This document shows, piece by piece, positions 10,229 to 17,222 of a stretch of DNA of 17,222 bases; position 1 is the first letter of the stretch; every line of letters starts with the position of its first letter. The translations under genes and the position numbers were made by a program. The notes below the pieces were generated by a model that was not told the DNA's origin, searched no databases, and saw only the letters and a list, made by a program, of their open reading frames with translations. Location: assembly GCA_002189035.1 (NCBI GenBank), contig NEEC01000350.1, positions 1 through 17,222 on the forward strand, given 5' to 3'. The stretch is from Utricularia gibba. Taxonomy: Eukaryota > Plantae > Magnoliophyta.

Positions 10229-13200
10229 GCGCATAAAGCTGGAATATCACATAGAACACGCGCACATGCACGGTGCTATTATGTGTTTTAAGTACATACA
10301 TATGCTTCATTGGATGCACTACCACGCCCACAGTTACAATTAGTGTCACATGGAGGACAAAAGAAGAGGAAGCGCAAGATGGAAAAAGGTGGGGAAATCT
10401 GCAAAATCATGCATGCGTACGCATGTAACGGAAGGGGGCGGGGGATGTTCATGTTTTGGAAGTCCCACCTTTACTCTGTATGTCATGATGAGCCGTGGCT
10501 TTTTTTAGGAGAGAATGGTGGCCGTGAAGGGTGTTATCGGTGTTTCGTCATGCGCCTTAGTGTAGCCTCGGCAAGCGTCGGCCGGGCATAGTTCGGTAAT
10601 GATGGTTCGTGTCGGTCGGAGCCAACAGAAGTGGGCCCTCCTAATGGATTCTTTTTTGTTTTATCCATCGACTATCTGGACGTCCACATTGCCTATATTT
10701 TTATCAGTTTTTTAATCGCATATTCAATCAAAAAATAAGTATAAAAAAATGGTGAGCTGCAAATCATTAGTTGGATCCCATCCATTCCCCATTGTGTATT
10801 CAATACAGGAAAATGCGGTACCCCTGCCCTCTGTTAGTGATCCATTGTATTGTCATAATTCGATTGGATACGTTGCTTGTGCATTGCTTAACACCGACTT
10901 AACTATTGATCCATCAGACAATCAGACAGGCTGAATACGTCTGCCCTCTCCTGTTGATTAATGATACGCCGTGATTTCTCGTTATACTTCCCATATGAAA
11001 CTTCTCTCCACAAGATCGATCGATGTCCATGCAATTGCTCTGCCCCTGCCTTGTGTGAGCGGTGGCGTTTATGCCAGCTCACTAGTGTTTTGGGTAAAAA
11101 TATCAGAGGAAACGGAAAAGAAGTCGTGAGTTGAGCATGCCATTTATCATGCTCGCCTTTTGGAAATAATTCACATCCATTGCGTTGCCAGCACCATCAT
11201 CACTATCAACGTGACCAAAGCAAGGCTGTTGGAAGGATGTGCTTTAAACGGAAGCGATGGGAAGGGAATGAGGACATAACACGTATAACTAACTGGAGTC
11301 TGTTGATAATGTATGGGTTAAATGTCTCATGAAATCACTAAAGAGGTGCTATCCCCTTCACAGCCTCCATTTGATTGAAGCCTATTTATACTTTTCATTT
11401 TAATTCCCCTATCTTATATTGTTTGGTAGCTATAAATCTACAGTTTTTATTTAATTGAATCATTGAAAAAATAATAGTTTATGTCATTATTTTCTCTTTC
11501 ACTTCAATTCTTTAAATTCAAATTAGGATCATCACTCCCATTATCATTTTCACTTGATACTTCATCTATATAATATACTTCATTAATTCACATGTCATCA
11601 ATACCATAATCGTTATTAATATCCTTAATATGATTATTATATTGTAAAATATCCATTATAATTTCAATATTATTTTGCAATTCTTTTCATCGTTTTTGCA
11701 GCAGAAATTTGTTAAGATTTTGGGCCTGTTCCATGTACATAATTTATGAATTAATTCTGTTTAATTTTTTAAAATTCTAATCTTTAACAATTATATAATA
11801 AAATAAAAATTATGATTGTATGATTAAATTGAAAAATTATTGAATTTATTAAATGTCTTTTTTAATGATTAAAAATTAATTAAAATTTTTTATTTTAAGG
11901 ATAGGAGCATTATGATTATGTCTAATTGCACCTTCCCCAATTACGACACGTTGTTCTATTTCCCATCATTTAAATGGAGGAAGTTGGGAACATTTCTATT
12001 CTTCTTCATACAAATTCTTCAAACTCTATGACACTCTTGTGAGGCTTCTGGAAATTTTGAATTTCCAGTTCTAAGGATTTTTGTTCTTTATTTTTCAATC
12101 CCCATATTTCCTCGAGGCATTCTCAATTCCTTCCTAGCATTCATCTTATGGTGCCTCAATATATATATTTTTATTTTTTTTAATGTAATTTAAAAATATA
12201 TTTATCTTATAATATTACATTATTAAATATAAAATATAAATATAAATATATTCTATTTTATTAAAAAATATAATAATCTATAAAAATAGTTTTAAAATCT
12301 TAAAATTAATTTTATTTTAAAAAATTCGAAGCATGATTTTACACAGCAATCGTTACATAACACACCCTTCTTTTGGCCTTTGGTTGCAAACATTTCGTTA
12401 TTCAGTTCTATCTCCAGTTGTTTGAATTTCATTTGATTGGTATTGCTAGGTGTTACAGGGAATTGTGTTGGTGTTGTCAGTTACTCCAACCACATTGGGT
12501 GTTCATGCATTCTCTGTTCGTGAAATGCTTGCGGCTGCGTTTTTATTTAAAATTGAGTTATTAGTGAAATGCACATTTCTTCTTCCACTGCGTTACTAAT
12601 TTCTTGCTCTACTATCTATGTCAGATTTTCTGCCGGAAACAATTTCAGTCCATGGTGATTTTTCTGATGCGCGCTGTCGTTTATCGTGTGAAACTAGTTT
12701 TCGATTGAGATTCTCTTACCTATGGCGCAGTTGATATTCTCTTACCTATGCCTCTATCCTTCATTTTTTCTTTTCTCTTATGTATATATATATTTCTCAA
12801 TTTGGTTGTTCCATCTTAACAACATTAGAAAATGCGTTTTCCGTTCCTTCAAAACCACACAATTTCTTCGTTTTCTTTTAACTGTGCAGGGACTGTACGG
12901 ATTCATAATATGTCAACATCACTGAAAATGACGAAAGAACAAAGCACTAGTGGGTCGACTCACGGGACATTAAATATTTATGAAATTTTAGTTAATGCCT
13001 ACATTGTTTTATAAACCAAGATTCAATCATGTTAAATCACTTTGATTTATGAGCGGTTTTAGATAATGGTTACATTAAGTTTCAATTGTTTTAAAATTAA
13101 AAATTCTAATTATAATTTACTCAAATTCAACTATAATTTAATTATGATAATATTTTTAAAAAAAATTGTGAAAAAAAATATGAATCATGGTTTAATCCTT

Positions 13201-13264
13201 ACAACTATGAAACCTTAGTTTTTTTTCACAAATTAAAACATGGAATTGCTAAAAAAAAAAAAAC

Positions 13265-13357
13265 GTTCTTGGTGAATGTGAGATGCGTGCGTTTGATGTA
13301 TTAAAAAAATGTTCTTGGTGAATGTGAGATGCGTGGCGTTAGATGTATTAAAAAAAC
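13265..13357 (+). repeat. Tandem duplication of a 46/47-bp unit in the proximal promoter of the P450
   Basis: gttcttggtgaatgtgagatgcgtgcgtttgatgtattaaaaaaat (13265-13310) is followed by gttcttggtgaatgtgagatgcgtggcgttagatgtattaaaaaaac (13311-13357). Confidence 0.95.
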
Positions 13358-13437
13358 GAATCTGTGAGGTAGCGAGTTCGGCCACGCAACCGTCTATTTA
13401 TTGAAGACAAGCGTCCTGCTGATTGCAGATAAAAGAG

Positions 13438-15317
13438 ATGTCGAATTTTGCGATAGTCTCCTTGCTCACCCTGTTCCTGGTGTGGTTATGGCAAGTTTTC
13501 AAGTTCACTTGGCTGGAGCCAAAGCGCGTGGAGGCGCTGCTTCGGAAGCAAGGCTTCAAGGGAAACAAATACAAGTTCTTGTTCGGAGACACTGAAGAGA
13601 TCAAACAGATGTACGCCGACGCTCACTCCAAGCCTCTCGGACTCAAATCTGACGTCGTCCCTCGAGTCATGCCTTTTGTTCTGAAAACAATCAACAAATA
13701 TGGCAAGCTTTTTACCTGAAAACATTTGCTTTTTTTGAAATTTCGCTCTGGAGTGAGTGATGTCGTTCTTTTATTTCTTTTTGGTGTTGTCCTAACAACA
13801 CACGCAGGCAAGAACTCGTTCGGATGGATCGGAGTGAGGCCGAGAGTCTACATATCAGACGCTGATCTTATGAGGGAAGCTTTGACGAAGCATATGAATT
13901 TCCAGAAGAATTTCAGGGTCACCAACAAGGTATACAAGCTTCTCGTTGGTGGAATTGTGGAGTTCGAGGAGGAAAAATGGTCCCGTCATCGAACCAAACT
14001 GAACCCAGCTTTTCACCTCGACCGCCTTAAGGTGCTCTGTTCTTCTATCCAATCATGATCAAAATTGAGTGATAGGGTTAACTTAACAACAACGACTGAT
14101 TGCAGCATATGTGCCCAATAGTAGTTTCTTGCTGCGAAGACATTCTCTCTGACTGGAAGAAGAAGATGAAAGACGGGTCTGGCGTCGTTGACATTTTCCA
14201 CTACCTCGAGGCCTACACCGGGTCAGCCGTGACGAGAGCTCTCTTCTCCCATCCATACGACGCAGAGATGAAGAACTGTTTCCATCTTCTCAGAGACCTC
14301 TCCCTCATGGCCAACATCGCCGTTAGGACCTTCGATATTCCGGGAACAGGGTAAGCAAACTTGGCATATGCAATAATAGAAGCAAAATAGCGGCTGACAT
14401 TTACTTTTTCGCTTTTAGGCTGCTGCCGACACCGTTGCACAGAAAGGCGAAGAAAATGGAAGCTGAGGTGAGGGCAAGTTTCAGAAGGATGATTGACGAA
14501 AGGATAGCGAAGAGAAGAGGAGGAATATTTGACGGTAAGGGAGACTTGTTTGATCTTTTCATAGACGACTTGTATGACGAGAGCAGATCCAAGGAGGCTG
14601 ATGTCGCCGGAATCATCGACGACGCCATCGGCAATTGCAAGCTCATGTACTTCGCCGGCTACGAAACGACATCAAATCTCCTTGTCTGGACCATGGTGAA
14701 TCTCGCCATTTACCCTGAATGGCAGGATCGTGCCAGAGAAGAAGTTTACCGCGTCATCGGGAGGAAGAAAAAAAATCCAGCCTGATGAAGTCAGCCAGCT
14801 CAAAATCGTGAGTTTCTAATTCAATGTGATAGCATAATATAGCCCCAAATCGCGAGATTGTTGTAGTTGGCTTCTGATGGTGCAGATTAACATGATTCTC
14901 CACGAAGTGCTACGTCTCTTCCCGCCGATATTTGAGCTTTCCCGCGTGGTGGAGGAAGACACGAAACTGGGTCCTTATGTAATTCCAAAGGGGATACTGA
15001 TCCAGCTTCCAATTGCGATGCTTCATCGTCAGAAGGAGATTTGGGGGGAAGACGCGGGAGAGTTTAAGCCTGAGAGATTTGCAGAGGGGATTCTTAAGGC
15101 GGCGAACGGGCAAGCTGCACTGATGCCGTTTGGATGGGGCCCGAGGATTTGCTTAGGACAGAACTTCGCTATGATGGAGTCAAAGATATTTGTGGCAACG
15201 CTGCTTCAAACCTTCCGATGGGAGTTTTCGCCGGAGTACATCCACGCGCCTTACGCTGCTTTTACAATTCAGCCCCAGCACGGTGCACCCCTTATCCTCC
15301 ATGAAATTGAAGCCTGA
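13438..15317 (+). CDS. CYP72A: Cytochrome P450, CYP72 family (CYP72A-like); 5 exons; one frameshift as written
   Basis: Exons: 13438-13702, 13808-14031, 14106-14350, 14419-14807, 14886-15317. It has an N-terminal membrane anchor, WLEPKRVEALLRKQGFKGNKYKFLFGD, SKP..D...RV.PF, YGKNSFGWIG..PRV, I-helix YFAGYETTS, WQDRAREEV, ExxR (EVLR), FKPERF, heme motif FGWGPRICLG and the C-terminal TIQPQHGA typical of CYP72A. Intron 1 is GC-AG. The A8 run at 14768-14775 shifts the frame; removing one A gives 1554 nt, 517 aa. Confidence 0.94.
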
Positions 15318-16064
15318 ATGCAATTTGATTCAACAGCACTTCACCCGCATGTGGCGCTGTGCTGCATTTTCTGTATTTTCTGTGTTGCTCAGCCCTCAGG
15401 TGAAGCTTTTTCAACATCAAAAGGGAATAAACTATGACTGGTAACATTTAGTGATGGAGGCAAAGCTTTTGTCGGTGGCACAAATGAAGGGATCGAAGAG
15501 TTTAAGAAAATAATGAAAGATCAGGGTTAAGAAACAGTACTCCTGATTCGAACGTCTTCATTTTCTACGACCATAAATTCCGTATAATCATACTTTGGAG
15601 AAAGGTTGCTGCCAATTAAGTTAGACCATGTAATCCCAACTTGTGGAGCTTTGAGAAGAAGTAGATTACATATTATTAGGCTCTTAGAAAAGCCCTGGTC
15701 ATATAACCCTTGTCGAGTGGAATTTTTGGTATATACCACCTTATCAGGCCGATTCATATCTCCCTTAAGCATTTCAAATGGTTGATTTCAATGCATAGAT
15801 TTTGCAAAAGCTGTTTATAAGGAAGTATGGTTATCTTCGACCTAAGTAGCTCTGGATGAGTCAAATTCTAAGCCAAGTTATGCGAATATTGAGAGGTCCG
15901 ATCTATGGAAGGATGTCGAAGTCAACACGATTGAGATGATCGCCCTACTGCCGTGTAGATCAATCCAAGCCAATGCTGAATTCGGCAGAGTCAACCATTC
16001 AGACTTTTCAACTCATTGATTCATTCAACTCTGGAGGGTGGGAAGTTTCATTCTCAGGGATGAA

Positions 16065-16648
16065 ATGTGCGTGATGCTTGTGAATATGCCTATATATAGA
16101 ATAAAACCTCATCCGGGCATGAACATAAGCAGATTTCTGAGCAACAACTTCCAGGAGATGGAAAGATACGAACAGGAAATTGAATCGCAAGCCGTGGATG
16201 AGCTAACCAAGATTCTTGTCGAGTGCCTGGGGAGGATGGATGTCAAACGCCGAGAAGTTCTACTCAGGAAATTCTTCCAGGAGATTGAGAAGGATTCTCC
16301 ATTGGAATCTTTCCTTGTAGACAGGATCAAGTACTCGAAAATAATATGTCTTTTGCAGCAGCAGCGGCGGCCGCACCTGAAGGAGGAAGATACCAATCAA
16401 CACCGGTTCTCCGGCAAACAACCCGGACGGGAACTTGGGGGCTTCCCGGCGGAGATGGCGCCGACAGAATGGAAAGATTTCAGGGTGCGAGTTTCATCAT
16501 CAAAAAGGAAGGCGACGGAGTATCTGTAAGCCGGGACCTGGGGGAGGTTCCCGGCGGAAATGGCGGGGCCAGAATGGAGAGATTTAAAGTAAAAAATTTT
16601 ATAGTAAAAGAGGAAGAAGACGACAGCGGAATATCGGTTCCTGAGTGA
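16065..16648 (+). CDS. Hypothetical protein (~194 aa after one-base correction) with a helical E/K/L-rich N-half and two C-terminal 35/38-aa repeats
   Basis: Track ORFs 16038-16529 and 16346-16648 join if the G5 run at 16437-16441 is G6. The repeat copies (16428-16531, 16532-16645) differ at synonymous positions (CTT/CTG, GAA/GAG, TTC/TTT, ATC/ATA). First ATG at 16065; a possible splice acceptor at 16057 means upstream exons are possible. No family recognised. Confidence 0.5.
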
Positions 16649-16964
16649 CGGAAGAACGTTTGATTTCTCTACTCCCTCCCTCCCTCCTTGGAGACGTAAT
16701 TAGGCTTCCATTTCAGTGCGTGAGCCCAAGAAATTTTCCATGTTTTTCAACAGCCCATTCGTTCATTGCTCTATATTTTCCATATTATACTGTACACATT
16801 TCGTAAAAATGAAGGTTGTTAATGTTATGGCCCTAAAATATTCAATATTTGAAAAAGACCAGCCTTCAACCTCAACAATGCATAAGAAAAAAAGAATTTG
16901 GAATTCATCAACAAGGATTAAGAAGCTTCAATATTTAGGTGGTAATTGATCTACAGTACCACGC

Positions 16965-17222
16965 TTTAGAATGCAAGATGTAGGGTACATGGTTCACAAG
17001 GGTTTTAGGGTTCTAGGATTAAGGGTTCAGGGTTCTAGGGTTCAGGTTTGAGGGTTGAGGGTTCAGGATTTAGGGTTGAGGGTTGAGGCTTGAGGGATTA
17101 AGGTTCAGGATTCAGGGTTTAGGGTTCAGGGTTCATTATGGTTCAGGGTTTAGGGTTCAGGGTTCATTATGGTTTGGTTCATTATGGTTCAGGGTTCACG
17201 GTTCATTATGGTTCATGGTTCA
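16965..17222 (+). repeat. Degenerate telomere-type tandem array, G-rich strand on +, running to the window end
   Basis: Contains 4x TTTAGGG (17004, 17069, 17118, 17149), 6x TTCAGGG, 4x TTGAGGG, several TTCAGG/TTAAGG(G)/TTCTAGG(G) units and 4x TTCATTATGG (17132, 17163, 17178, 17202). A ~7-bp register extends leftward into decayed units (tttagaa tgcaaga tgtaggg tacatgg, 16965-16992). Confidence 0.9.

Noticed and set aside
11350-12330. Very AT-rich spacer as a MITE or Helitron (gggcctgtt at ~11722; gagca...ggtgcctc at ~11906-12157)
   Set aside because: No convincing matching terminal inverted repeats, target-site duplication or Helitron hairpin plus CTRR end by eye; needs a repeat-library search.
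15450-16030. Minus-strand coding-like fragments including ORF 15527-15772
   Set aside because: Frames are short and broken with no recognisable domain; could be a pseudogene fragment but cannot be supported without BLASTx.
1-17222. Conserved plant miRNAs, tRNA, rRNA, CRISPR arrays, a Pol III telomerase-RNA gene, and a firm species assignment
   Set aside because: No match to the conserved miRNA sequences I checked from memory, no tRNA boxes, no spacer-separated repeats, and no USE plus TATA pair (gtcccacct at 10462 has no downstream TATA). TTCAGG(G) variants alone are not enough to assign the taxon.

Overview
Eudicot plant nuclear DNA. Left to right: (1) a decayed, probably transposon-derived coding remnant on the minus strand (~159-1960) containing a small foldback repeat; (2) a complete 22-exon class II starch branching enzyme gene (SBE2, +, 2291-8396), interrupted as written by five small deletions; (3) a LITTLE ZIPPER (ZPR3/4-type) microprotein gene (-, CDS 9494-9736) with a 5'UTR intron, a uORF and a TATA box; (4) an AT-rich spacer; (5) a five-exon CYP72A-type cytochrome P450 gene (+, 13438-15317) with a GC-AG first intron and one homopolymer frameshift; (6) an unrecognised ORF with an internal 35/38-aa tandem repeat (+, 16065-16648, one frameshift); (7) a degenerate telomere-type array (16965-17222) that drifts from TTTAGGG through TTCAGGG/TTGAGGG to a 10-mer TTCATTATGG. 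Six of the seven indels shorten or lengthen a base run, so the sequence may be an unpolished consensus. That caveat also applies to the repeat variants. No rRNA, tRNA, CRISPR array or intact transposase was found. All family calls come from remembered motifs; no database search was run.
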